From assembly GCA_017459965.1 (NCBI GenBank), contig JAFUBW010000014.1:199174-263173 (forward strand): a DNA stretch of 64,000 nucleotides. The letters are read 5' to 3'. Each line of letters begins with the position of its first letter. Position 1 is the stretch's first letter. Source of the stretch: Bacilli bacterium. GTDB lineage: Bacteria; Bacillota_I; Bacilli_A; RF39; UBA660. Positions 55,175 to 63,542 of the stretch are shown here, piece by piece. Under the pieces are notes generated by a model. That model was not told where the DNA came from and made no database searches. It was given only the letters and a program-made list of their open reading frames with translations. The translations under genes were made by a program, and so were the position numbers.

Positions 55175-55939
55175 TTACATAAAATTAATTAAAATAATAT
55201 AGCCTATTATTACAAAAATAATGCTATCAAATCTATCAAGTATTCCTCCATGACCAGGCATAATATTTGAGAAATCTTTTATTCTATAAAATCTTTTTAT
55301 TTTAGAAAATGCTAAATCACCTATTTGGCCTATTAATGATAAAGCTAATGTAAATAAAACTATTATAGTAAAATATTCACCTGGTGATATTATATAAAGA
55401 TAAAAAGCAGATGGCAATATTGTACCAATAATACTACCTATTATAGAACCTTCAATTGTTTTATTTGGAGAAACACTTTCTATTAATTTATGTTTACCAA
55501 ATATTCGACCACCTATATATGCGAAAGTATCTGTTAATATTGTTATTAAAAACAAATATATTAAAACATTTATATCTCTTTGTCTTATTAGATACATATA
55601 AGAGAAAAATACTATTATTAACATAGAAAATCCACTTAAGAAAAATGTATCTTCTATATTATATTTTTTATCATCTATAAAAATAGCTAAAATTAGATAT
55701 ATAAACATTGGAATTAATAATTTTAATACTATGTTTATATCTACAAATACTAATATACCCACAATAATATATGATAATATTTTAATTAAAAAAGGAACAT
55801 TATCTTTTAGAGATAATACTTCTTTAATAGCTAGTAAACTAATTATAGTTAAGCCTATTTTAAAATAAATACCTCCTAATATTACAAGTGGAATAAAAAT
55901 TATTAGTGCGATAATAGCACTTATTATTCTTTGTTTCAT
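55175..55939 (-). CDS. cdsA: phosphatidate cytidylyltransferase
   Basis: CTP_transf_1 signature SxxKRxxxxKDxxxxxPGHGGxxDRxD near the C-terminus. Confidence 0.8.
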   Translation of the reverse strand: MKQRIISAIIALIIFIPLVILGGIYFKIGLTIISLLAIKEVLSLKDNVPFLIKILSYIIVGILVFVDINIVLKLLIPMFIYLILAIFIDDKKYNIEDTFFLSGFSMLIIVFFSYMYLIRQRDINVLIYLFLITILTDTFAYIGGRIFGKHKLIESVSPNKTIEGSIIGSIIGTILPSAFYLYIISPGEYFTIIVLFTLALSLIGQIGDLAFSKIKRFYRIKDFSNIMPGHGGILDRFDSIIFVIIGYIILINFM

Positions 55940-55989
55940 ATTATTACCTCCTTATTCACATTATTACCTTTAATATATTATATTAATAA

Positions 55990-56676
55990 TTATTTATTTA
56001 TATTTGGTTGTTTACTTAATGCATCTTTAGCAGCTTCTTGTTCTGATTCTTTTTTGCTTTTATGTGTACCTCTTCCTAAAACTACACCATCCATTACTAC
56101 AATAGATGTAAATACTCTATTATTAGAAGGACCTTCTTCTTTTTCTAAAATATATTCGCAAGCCTTTCTATCTGATTGTAATAATTCTTGAAGTTCTGAT
56201 TTATAATCATGAAGATAATAATCTTCTTTATTTTCTATTGCTTTTATAACTATGTCATATACTATTTCTTTTGCTTTAGAAATTCCATATGTTAAATAAG
56301 TCGCAGCTAAAAAAGCTTCAAATACATCTGCAAGTATAGCTTTTCTTTGTCTTCCTCCAGTAGATTCTTCCCCTTTTCCTAGTCTTAAATAATCACTAAA
56401 GCCTAATTTTTTAGAATATTCATATAAAGCATTTTCACAAACATAACTTGCTCTTATTTTTGTCATTTCGCCTTCTTTTAAATGTTCACTTACATATAAA
56501 TATTCACTTACTAAGAAATCTAATATTTTATCTCCTAGAAATTCTAATCTTTCATAGTCTTCACCAGTTTTATGTTCATTAACATATGATGAATGAGTAA
56601 ATGCTCTTATAATTAATTTATTTGATAAATCTATATTGTATTTTTCTTCAATATTCATATTCTTCACCAATATCAT
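55990..56676 (-). CDS. rnc: ribonuclease III
   Basis: ERLEFLGDKILDF signature and a C-terminal dsRBD. Confidence 0.9.
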   Translation of the reverse strand: MILVKNMNIEEKYNIDLSNKLIIRAFTHSSYVNEHKTGEDYERLEFLGDKILDFLVSEYLYVSEHLKEGEMTKIRASYVCENALYEYSKKLGFSDYLRLGKGEESTGGRQRKAILADVFEAFLAATYLTYGISKAKEIVYDIVIKAIENKEDYYLHDYKSELQELLQSDRKACEYILEKEEGPSNNRVFTSIVVMDGVVLGRGTHKSKKESEQEAAKDALSKQPNINK

Positions 56677-56752
56677 TTTAACATAATTTGACTTAAAATT
56701 AAATATTAGTATGTTATATTAGTAAAATTTGTGTTAAAATTATATTAGGTAT

Positions 56753-57004
56753 GTGATTAATATGAATAAATTAATTATAAAATTAATTAAAATTTATCAA
56801 CAAACTCCTACAAACATTCATAATGCTTGTAGATTTACACCAACTTGTTCTAATTATGCATTAGAAGCTTTTGAAAAATATAATTTTTTTAAAGCTAGTT
56901 ATCTTACTATAAGAAGATTATTAAGATGTAGACCTTTTGGAAAAGTTGGATATGATCCTGTACCTGAAAAAGAATACGGAGGTAATGATGAAAAAAATAA
57001 TTAA
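56753..57004 (+). CDS. yidD: membrane protein insertion efficiency factor YidD
   Basis: CRFTPTCSNYALEA and CRPFGKVGYDPVP. Confidence 0.8.
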   Translation: MINMNKLIIKLIKIYQQTPTNIHNACRFTPTCSNYALEAFEKYNFFKASYLTIRRLLRCRPFGKVGYDPVPEKEYGGNDEKNN

Positions 57005-57848
57005 AATATTTAGTATACTTTTTACAGTTATATTATTAAGTGGATGTACAACAGAAGACTCTATGGAGAATATAGATATTTATACTAGTATTTATCCTAT
57101 TGAATATGTTACAAACGTTTTATATGGAGATTATGCTAATATAATAAGTATGTATCCAAATGATGTTAATCCATATGATTATAAATTAACAGATAAACAA
57201 ATCAATAATTATAGTAATTCGGATTTAGTTGTTTATAACGGTCTTGATAAAGAAACTGATTATGTAGTAAAAATGTTAAATAAAAATAAACGATTAAAAA
57301 TTATAGATTCAACTGCAAAAATTGAATATTCAAATAGTATGGATGAAATATGGATTAATCCTTCTAATATGATTACAATAGCGCAAAATACAAGAAACGG
57401 TTTAAAAGAATATATAAATAGTAGTTATCTTCAAGATAAGATTGAAGAAAATTATGAAAAACTAAAATTAGATTTTTCTACTATAGATGCTAATTTAAAA
57501 GAAACTGTTACTAATGCTAAAAATGTTAATATTATTGTAGCAAGTGATGATCTAAATATATTATCTAAATATGGACTAAATATAATATCTATAGATGAAA
57601 ATGAATTAACAGATAAAGAACTTGCAGATGCTAAAAATTTATTAAAAAATAAAACAGTTAGTTATATATTTGTAAAAAAAGGTTATGAAGAAACTAAAAC
57701 TATGAAAGATTTAAAAGATACATATGGAATTAAGTATTTAGAAATTGATACATTAAATAATTTATCTTCAGATAATAAAAATAATAATAAAGATTATATA
57801 ACTATAATGAATGATAATATAGACAAATTAAAAGAAGAACTTTACTAA
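56988..57848 (+). CDS. orphan cluster-A (ZnuA/TroA-like) solute-binding lipoprotein with degenerate metal site
   Basis: Lipobox LLSGC. YTSIYPIEYV...GD and DLVVYNGLDKE align to ZnuA framework motifs, but the metal-binding His residues are replaced (NPYDY instead of DPHEY). No permease or ATPase gene is adjacent. The track ORF starts at TTG 56937. The ATG at 56988, which follows GGAGG, is the more likely start. Confidence 0.5.
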   Translation: MKKIIKIFSILFTVILLSGCTTEDSMENIDIYTSIYPIEYVTNVLYGDYANIISMYPNDVNPYDYKLTDKQINNYSNSDLVVYNGLDKETDYVVKMLNKNKRLKIIDSTAKIEYSNSMDEIWINPSNMITIAQNTRNGLKEYINSSYLQDKIEENYEKLKLDFSTIDANLKETVTNAKNVNIIVASDDLNILSKYGLNIISIDENELTDKELADAKNLLKNKTVSYIFVKKGYEETKTMKDLKDTYGIKYLEIDTLNNLSSDNKNNNKDYITIMNDNIDKLKEELY

Positions 57849-57857
57849 GTTCTTCTT
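57832..57857. terminator. bidirectional terminator between the lipoprotein gene and rplT
   Basis: AAGAAGAAC-TTTACTAA-GTTCTTCTT. Confidence 0.5.
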
Positions 57858-58401
57858 ATTTTAATGCTTCTAATAATTCAGCTTTTTTCATTGAAGTGTA
57901 ACCTTCAATTTTTTTATCTTTTGCTAATTGTTTTAATTGGGCAACTGTCATTTTTGATAAATCTTTAGATTCTTCTTTTGAAGTAGTTACTTTCTTTTCA
58001 TCAACTTTTTTAGCTGTAGTTTCTTTTTTTGGAGCTGAAAGTTTACCATTTAATGCATCTTTTGCAGTTTTAACTAGTTCTGCAAATGCTTTTTCATCAC
58101 TTATTGCAAGTTCTGAAAGCATTTTTCTGTTAATAGTAATATTAGCTTTATTTAATCCATCAATAAATTTTGAATAGCTAATATCATTATTTCTACAAGC
58201 AGCATTTATTCTTGTAATCCATAGTTTTCTGAAGTTTCTCTTATTTTGTCTTCTATCTCTATATGCATATTTACCTGAATGCATTACTTGTTCTTTAGCA
58301 GTTTTGAATAATCTGTGTTTACTTCCAAAATAACCTTTAGCTTGTTTTAATATTTTTTTATGTTTAGCTTTAGTTACTTTTCCATCTTTAACTCTTGCCA
58401 T
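57856..58401 (-). CDS. rplT: 50S ribosomal protein L20 with a C-terminal Rho_N-like extension
   Basis: Canonical L20 for about 118 aa ([19 protein letters not shown]...). An extra roughly 60-aa K/E-rich tail ends in [31 protein letters not shown], which matches the Rho N-terminal (SAP-like) motif. Confidence 0.85.
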   Translation of the reverse strand: MARVKDGKVTKAKHKKILKQAKGYFGSKHRLFKTAKEQVMHSGKYAYRDRRQNKRNFRKLWITRINAACRNNDISYSKFIDGLNKANITINRKMLSELAISDEKAFAELVKTAKDALNGKLSAPKKETTAKKVDEKKVTTSKEESKDLSKMTVAQLKQLAKDKKIEGYTSMKKAELLEALK

Positions 58402-58414
58402 AATATATCACCTA

Positions 58415-58621
58415 TTATCTCATTCTATCTATAAGTCTTTTCAATCTTTTTGAATCTGCTTTAGATAGTTCTTGAGCCTTTCTTAAATTTCTAATTCTTT
58501 TAGTAGCTTTCTTAGATGTTAAGTGTCCTGATCCTTTTTTCTTATATTTTACAGAACCACTATTTCTTAAAATAAAATTCTTTTTAGTTCCTCTATGAGT
58601 TTTTTGTTTTATTTTTTTCAT
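58415..58621 (-). CDS. rpmI: 50S ribosomal protein L35
   Basis: 68-aa basic protein, the usual bL35 size, immediately downstream of infC as in the infC-rpmI-rplT operon. Confidence 0.85.
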   Translation of the reverse strand: MKKIKQKTHRGTKKNFILRNSGSVKYKKKGSGHLTSKKATKRIRNLRKAQELSKADSKRLKRLIDRMR

Positions 58622-58623
58622 AT

Positions 58624-59157
58624 TTATTTACCTTCCTTTTTTATTGGTGAAATGAACATAAACATATTTCTCATTTCCATTGTTGGTTCTTTTTCCATTA
58701 CACCATAGTCTTTTACAGCTTCATAAAAACGAAGTAATACATCTTTACCTAGTTCTGTATGAGCCATTTCTCTACCTCTGAATCTAATATTAACTTTTAT
58801 TCTATGACCTTTTTCTAAATACTTAGTAACTTGTTTTACTCTAGTATTAAAATCATGTATATCAATATTAACAGATAATCTAAATTCTTTTAATTCAGTA
58901 TTGTTTTCTCTTTGTCTTTTTGATGCTTCTTTTTGTTTTTTGTTTCTTTCATATTTGTATTTATTATAGTCCATAAGTTTACAAACTGGTTTATCACTAC
59001 CTTGATTCATAAGTACTAAATCAAATCCTGCGACATTAGCAAGTGTAAGTGCATCTTCAATAGATTTTAAACCTAATTGTTCTCCTTTTGGCCCTATTAC
59101 TAATACTTCCTTAGCTTTTATTTGCTCATTAATAAGCATTTCCTTTTCTTTAGCTAT
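58624..59157 (-). CDS. infC: translation initiation factor IF-3, probably initiating at AUA
   Basis: IF3 N- and C-domains are present. The annotated ATG at 59139 sits only 2 nt from an AAGGAA stretch. Six codons upstream, ATA at 59155-59157 directly follows an in-frame TAA and lies 6 nt after a strong GGAGGTG SD. The extension (I)AKEKEMLINE aligns with the B. subtilis IF3 N-terminus. Confidence 0.75.
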   Translation of the reverse strand: MAKEKEMLINEQIKAKEVLVIGPKGEQLGLKSIEDALTLANVAGFDLVLMNQGSDKPVCKLMDYNKYKYERNKKQKEASKRQRENNTELKEFRLSVNIDIHDFNTRVKQVTKYLEKGHRIKVNIRFRGREMAHTELGKDVLLRFYEAVKDYGVMEKEPTMEMRNMFMFISPIKKEGK

Positions 59158-59164
59158 TTAAAAC

Positions 59165-59335
59165 ACCTCCATAAAAAAATGAATACCAATGTATTCACCT
59201 ATATCAAAGACAATATAATATATAATTATTTTGGCCTTTGACCTACCGCTTATTTGCAGTCAGGTGAGATATACATCTTCTTTCCTTTTTCAAAACTACG
59301 ATATTGATTATATACTATATTTTATTATTTGTAAA
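59165..59335 (-). promoter_or_regulatory. ribosomal protein L20 leader (infC-rpmI-rplT autoregulatory 5' UTR)
   Basis: GC-richer structured segment UCACCUGACUGCAAAUAAGCGGUAGGUCAAAGGCC upstream of infC, as in the Bacillus L20-leader arrangement. Confidence 0.4.
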
Positions 59336-59352
59336 GTGTTTTTATTAAAAAA

Positions 59353-59379
59353 AATAAATCAAAAAATTTGATTTATTTT
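59353..59379 (-). terminator. AT-only hairpin with U-run after the tail-fibre-like gene
   Basis: AAATAAATCAAA-TTTT-TTGATTTATTT followed by a U-run. The stem is weak (all A-T pairs). Confidence 0.35.
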
Positions 59380-59390
59380 ATAATAAGTAT

Positions 59391-60167
59391 TTAAAATGTT
59401 TTATAATATACAGCAGTACAATTAATAGTATTTGTTGTAGATGCGGTTGAACCATGAACAGCAACAAGCCAAGCTCTAGATGTAATATAAGTTGCATTTT
59501 CTACATAAACAGACCCTATCCATCCAATTGTTGAACAAGAACCATTCCAATGAGAAAAAGTATATCCACTAACAGTGGGTGCTGTAATATCAGCATATTT
59601 ACCTGGTGTTCTAACTATTTGTGCTGAAATAGTTTTTGTAACTAATAAATTACTCAAACTCGTCCCATTCACCTTCACCGGATTTCCTCTAAGATCTATT
59701 GTACTACCATACAAGGCTAATGGTCCAAAATTATTCCATGTTCCAGTGGAATTATAAGAGACCAAACTAACATTTTCAGCTGAATCATTATATAAAAAAG
59801 CAGCTCTAGACACACCAGAATGATCCTTAACATAATACCCTCTATCTGCAGTACTTGAATTAGTTCCAACAACTGACCTATCACCATTAGCCGTAAAATG
59901 TCCTTCGAGCGCGCCTATTCTACTATCAAGGGAAGAATAATCAGAAGCATTTTGATAAAGTTCATCAATAGCCCCTTGAACATTATCAGAAGAAATACCA
60001 GAAGAAGAATTATCAAAAGAAACTTCAGAAGAAGAATATAAATAATTAGCAGCAAAAACAGAAATAATACTACTAAAGAAGATAGAAACAACACCAATAA
60101 GAAAAATAATTCTTTCTTTATTATATGAAGAAAGAACCTGGGTTTTATTAAAATGTTTAAGACTCAT
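59391..60167 (-). CDS. secreted tail-fibre-like / surface-fibre protein, compositionally foreign
   Basis: Noticeably GC-richer and lysine-poor compared with flanking genes. Signal peptide, then an SDNVQGAIDELY motif (recurs in phage tail-fibre and fibre-like proteins), a short coiled segment, and a Ser/Thr/Gly-rich C-terminal beta-rich domain. Confidence 0.6.
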   Translation of the reverse strand: MSLKHFNKTQVLSSYNKERIIFLIGVVSIFFSSIISVFAANYLYSSSEVSFDNSSSGISSDNVQGAIDELYQNASDYSSLDSRIGALEGHFTANGDRSVVGTNSSTADRGYYVKDHSGVSRAAFLYNDSAENVSLVSYNSTGTWNNFGPLALYGSTIDLRGNPVKVNGTSLSNLLVTKTISAQIVRTPGKYADITAPTVSGYTFSHWNGSCSTIGWIGSVYVENATYITSRAWLVAVHGSTASTTNTINCTAVYYKTF

Positions 60168-60196
60168 ATAAAATACCTATAATATCTAATATTACT

Positions 60197-60209
60197 CCCC
60201 CCCCCGGGG
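60197..60209. repeat. C9G4 homopolymeric tract in the promoter/leader of the tail-fibre-like gene
   Basis: CCCCCCCCCGGGG on the plus strand (G9 on the coding-strand side). Lies 30-42 nt upstream of the ATG and immediately upstream of a TAATAT -10-like box. Confidence 0.9.
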
Positions 60210-60224
60210 ACACTTTTTTTATAA

Positions 60225-60247
60225 AAAATAAAAAGCAATAATTAATT
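60225..60247 (-). terminator. intrinsic terminator overlapping the stop of the beta-helix gene
   Basis: GCAATAA-ATTAA-TTATTGC followed by UUUUUAUUUUUU. Confidence 0.45.
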
Positions 60248-62002
60248 TATTGCTTTTCCATTAACATATAATTTATAACCGTTAAAATCTATATTTGAAT
60301 TAGATGTATCTTCATTATCTAAACTTGTTATATAACTATTTGAAGTTAATTTTATTTTTGAAGATTTATCTAATTTTAGTGTAATACTTTTTGCAGTATT
60401 ATCTTTATTTATATTACCTTCAAAATAAGATGAATTACTTAAAGAAATATTAAGTGTTGATATTGAATCAACTACTATATTACCTTTTGCATCTTGATTA
60501 GTCATATTAAGAGTTACATTACCACCATTACTTCCTGAATTTCCCCAAGAATCTTTTTGAATTCTTAAGAAATTACCATTACTATCATTATTAACTATTG
60601 TATTATTTTCTAAATTTATAGTTGCTGTTGTATTAGTTACATAAAGTGTATCACCATTATTAGTAGTTATTTTACTATTTTTTGAAGTAAATTCTGCTGT
60701 ACCACTATCTGCATCTCCACTCATAGATTGATATAAGAATATATTTTTATAAGTAGTTGATTGTCCATTTAATGTTGTATTACTATCAGTAAGTTCTACA
60801 TTATTTAGTTCTACTGAATTTTTACCTTCAATAACTACACCTTCAGATGCTTTTGATATTAATTTTGCATTACTTACTTTTATATCAGCAGTTGAATAGA
60901 TTGCTGGTGATCCTTTACCTGTAGTTGTGTATGTTCCTTTATTTACTGTAACATTACCACCACCTCTATCTGATCTAATAGCTGCAGATGAAGTACCAGC
61001 TGTATTAATAGTTAAGTTAGTAGCATTCATTGTACCTCCTCCTGTTGTCATAATACCTCCTGAATTATCTTTTGAAGTAGTAATTGTTGAATCACTAATA
61101 TTAACTGTTGTACCATCAGAAGAAGAATTATTTGTAGTAGCTGAACCTCCATAACTAAATACTCCATTAGCACCTGTAGCATCTGTTGATACTGTTATAT
61201 TTTTTAAATTTACAGTTGCACCATTTTTTGCAAGTATAGCAGAATTTGTTCCATAAAATGATGTATTATCACCACCATCTGAATCACCAGTTTTATTTAC
61301 TTTTATATTCGAAATATCAGCAGTTATATTACCTGTTATTAATATTGCATTTTCATCTGAATTACTTGATTCATAATTTCCTTCTGTTATTGTTTTATCC
61401 TCAGTTATTTCTTCTTTAGATGAATAAGTAACATTACTGCTTTGATTCATATTTGTATTTTGATTATTACTTGTTGTATTATTAGATACTTTTTCACTTA
61501 AAGTAATACCTAATACAGATAAAATAGTAGAAAGAATCACTACAGATAATATATATATTGTTTTTTTATCAAAATTTTCTAATTTTTTCTTATTAAAATT
61601 ACTCATAATTAAGTACATTATTAATATTGATAATGTAATACTTTCAGATATTATTAATGTATAGAATAATAATGAATTAGAATTACTACTTTGTTGATTA
61701 TTATCCATTGTTGACATATCTTGAGGTGTATTATTATCATTTGATGAATTATCGGCTGTTGATGTATCATTTGATGAATTATCGGCTGTTGATGTATCAT
61801 TTGATGGTTTTTCTGGTGGTGTATTTGTATTACTATCACTTGATGAATTATTCATATCTGGTGGTGTCCCCATTTGCATAGATGGTCCACCTATCATTTG
61901 ATTATTATCATTTGGTGATAAATATTTCATTGTAAAAAATGTACCTATTGATATTAATATGATTAATAAAATCATGATAATATTTTTTAAATTTCTTTTC
62001 AT
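60242..62002 (-). CDS. surface adhesin-like protein with Ser/Asn/Thr-rich repeat linker and parallel beta-helix repeats
   Basis: N-terminal TM, a low-complexity S/N/T/D region with the NDTSTADNSS tandem repeat, a second hydrophobic segment, then many short G/N/T/S repeats (NITVSTDATG, NLTINTAGTS, ...) typical of a right-handed beta-helix. 586 aa. Confidence 0.6.
   Translation of the reverse strand: MKRNLKNIIMILLIILISIGTFFTMKYLSPNDNNQMIGGPSMQMGTPPDMNNSSSDSNTNTPPEKPSNDTSTADNSSNDTSTADNSSNDNNTPQDMSTMDNNQQSSNSNSLLFYTLIISESITLSILIMYLIMSNFNKKKLENFDKKTIYILSVVILSTILSVLGITLSEKVSNNTTSNNQNTNMNQSSNVTYSSKEEITEDKTITEGNYESSNSDENAILITGNITADISNIKVNKTGDSDGGDNTSFYGTNSAILAKNGATVNLKNITVSTDATGANGVFSYGGSATTNNSSSDGTTVNISDSTITTSKDNSGGIMTTGGGTMNATNLTINTAGTSSAAIRSDRGGGNVTVNKGTYTTTGKGSPAIYSTADIKVSNAKLISKASEGVVIEGKNSVELNNVELTDSNTTLNGQSTTYKNIFLYQSMSGDADSGTAEFTSKNSKITTNNGDTLYVTNTTATINLENNTIVNNDSNGNFLRIQKDSWGNSGSNGGNVTLNMTNQDAKGNIVVDSISTLNISLSNSSYFEGNINKDNTAKSITLKLDKSSKIKLTSNSYITSLDNEDTSNSNIDFNGYKLYVNGKAIN
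61741..61800. repeat. perfect 30-nt tandem duplication inside the beta-helix gene (encodes NDTSTADNSS x2)
   Basis: TTGATGAATTATCGGCTGTTGATGTATCAT is repeated exactly at 61741-61770 and 61771-61800, with partial copies on both flanks. Confidence 0.9.
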
Positions 62003-62018
62003 AACTTATCTCCTTATA

Positions 62019-62276
62019 TTATTCAACATTTTGATTTGATTCATTTTGTTTATCTTCATTATTTTGATTATTTTCTGGCATTTGATTATTATTTTGTCTT
62101 TGATTATTTCTATCATTTGGCATATTATCCATAGATCTAGAAAAATCTCTTTGAATCATATTATTATTCATTTTATTATGCATCATTGGTCTAAAATTTA
62201 TAACATTAAACATAATTGATATGAATAATAAAACTGATAATACTATAATAACAATATTTTTTGTTTTATCGTTCAT
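62019..62276 (-). CDS. small membrane protein with Asn/Gln-rich tail (85 aa)
   Basis: Strong RBS AAGGAGGGAG. One TM helix. Sits 16 nt upstream of the beta-helix gene, so probably co-transcribed. Confidence 0.5.
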   Translation of the reverse strand: MNDKTKNIVIIVLSVLLFISIMFNVINFRPMMHNKMNNNMIQRDFSRSMDNMPNDRNNQRQNNNQMPENNQNNEDKQNESNQNVE

Positions 62277-62352
62277 AATCTCCCTCCTTTTTCTTAATGA
62301 TACATAAGAATTATGGGTAAATTATGTTTAATTTATGTTTTTTTTATAAAAA

Positions 62353-62375
62353 AATAGCATTGACAAGATGCTATT
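62353..62375. promoter_or_regulatory. inverted repeat AATAGCAT-TGACAAG-ATGCTATT (candidate operator) in the 440-nt intergenic region
   Basis: 8-bp arms with a 7-nt spacer containing TTGACA. Lies upstream of the surface-protein operon. Confidence 0.3.
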
Positions 62376-62674
62376 CTAGTTTGAATCAATTTATATTTAG
62401 TCAGAATATAAATTGCTTATTATGGAGTTTTCTTTCTCCTATATGATCATATACTTAATAGAAAATAAGACCCCTAAAGGCATTCACCAAAAAATAAAAT
62501 ACTTTAATACTACAAATATTTTAACAATCATCTATAATATAATTATTAATAATATTATAATTAATACTTTAGATTATTATAATAAAAATAATTATATAAT
62601 GGTTACTATATTTAAGATAAATATAAAATAATCAAATATAGATATCTTTTCTATTAAGTAATTTAATTATAATA

Positions 62675-62712
62675 TTATAAAAAAAATAAAACAATAGATA
62701 TATCTATTGTTT
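62675..62712 (-). terminator. intrinsic terminator after the ttcA-like gene
   Basis: Perfect palindrome AAACAATAGATATATCTATTGTTT followed by a U-run on the minus strand. Confidence 0.55.
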
Positions 62713-62717
62713 ACATT

Positions 62718-63542
62718 TTATTTGTCATATTCATCTAAAAATGAATGTTTGTCTTTATCTTTTACATAACCAAGTACACAGTTTAAATTTACATTATCAA
62801 GTGCCTTAAATATATTATGATCTACATCTTTATTTATTTTTCTAAGTTTTTTAATTAATTCTTTCATTTCAAGTCTTTTACTTGTTCCATCATTTATCAG
62901 TGAACATCCTTCTGTAAATCTACAAGCACAATTTATAAATGTAAGTTCATTAAAATTTTTCCATGCAATTATATCTTGTTCTTTTACTAAATAAAGAGGT
63001 CTAATTAACTCAAGTCCTTCAAAATTATCACTATGAAGTTTTGGCATCATAGTTTTAATTTCAGAACCATAAAACATAGATAAAAGTGTTGTTTCTATAA
63101 CATCATCAAAATGATGACCTAAAGCAATTTTATTACAACCAAGTTCTTTTGCTTTGTTATATAAAAATCCTCTTCTCATTCTAGCACATAAATAACAAGG
63201 ACTTTTGTCTATTTTTTCTACAACATCAAATATATTACTTTCAAATATTTCTATTGGTATATTAAGTGTTTTAGCATTATCAATAATATAATCTCTATTA
63301 TATTGATTATAACCTGGATCCATTACTACATATTTTGCATCAAATGGAAATTTACCATGTCTTTGAAGTTCTTGAATACATTTAGCAAGCAAAAATGAAT
63401 CTTTACCACCGGAAATACATACCATTATTTTATCATTTTCTTCAATTAATTTATAATCACTTACTGCTTTTACAAATTTAGAAAATATGTCTTTTCTAAA
63501 TTTTTTTATTATAGATCTTTCTATTTCTTTATATTTTTCCAT
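62718..63542 (-). CDS. TtcA-family PP-loop ATPase (tRNA 2-thiocytidine synthetase-like)
   Basis: PP-loop SGGKDS. Cysteine motifs CYLCARMRRG and CACRF. Overlaps the upstream cysteine desulfurase gene. Confidence 0.7.
   Translation of the reverse strand: MEKYKEIERSIIKKFRKDIFSKFVKAVSDYKLIEENDKIMVCISGGKDSFLLAKCIQELQRHGKFPFDAKYVVMDPGYNQYNRDYIIDNAKTLNIPIEIFESNIFDVVEKIDKSPCYLCARMRRGFLYNKAKELGCNKIALGHHFDDVIETTLLSMFYGSEIKTMMPKLHSDNFEGLELIRPLYLVKEQDIIAWKNFNELTFINCACRFTEGCSLINDGTSKRLEMKELIKKLRKINKDVDHNIFKALDNVNLNCVLGYVKDKDKHSFLDEYDK

Noticed and set aside
61741-61800. CRISPR array
   Set aside because: Only two adjacent 30-nt copies without spacers, in frame inside a coding region. It is a coding tandem duplication, not CRISPR. 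No other CRISPR-like repeat-spacer structure was seen in the window.
62413-62631. 72-aa plus-strand ORF in the long intergenic spacer
   Set aside because: Composed almost entirely of I/N/Y/K from A/T runs, with no SD. Treated as non-coding.
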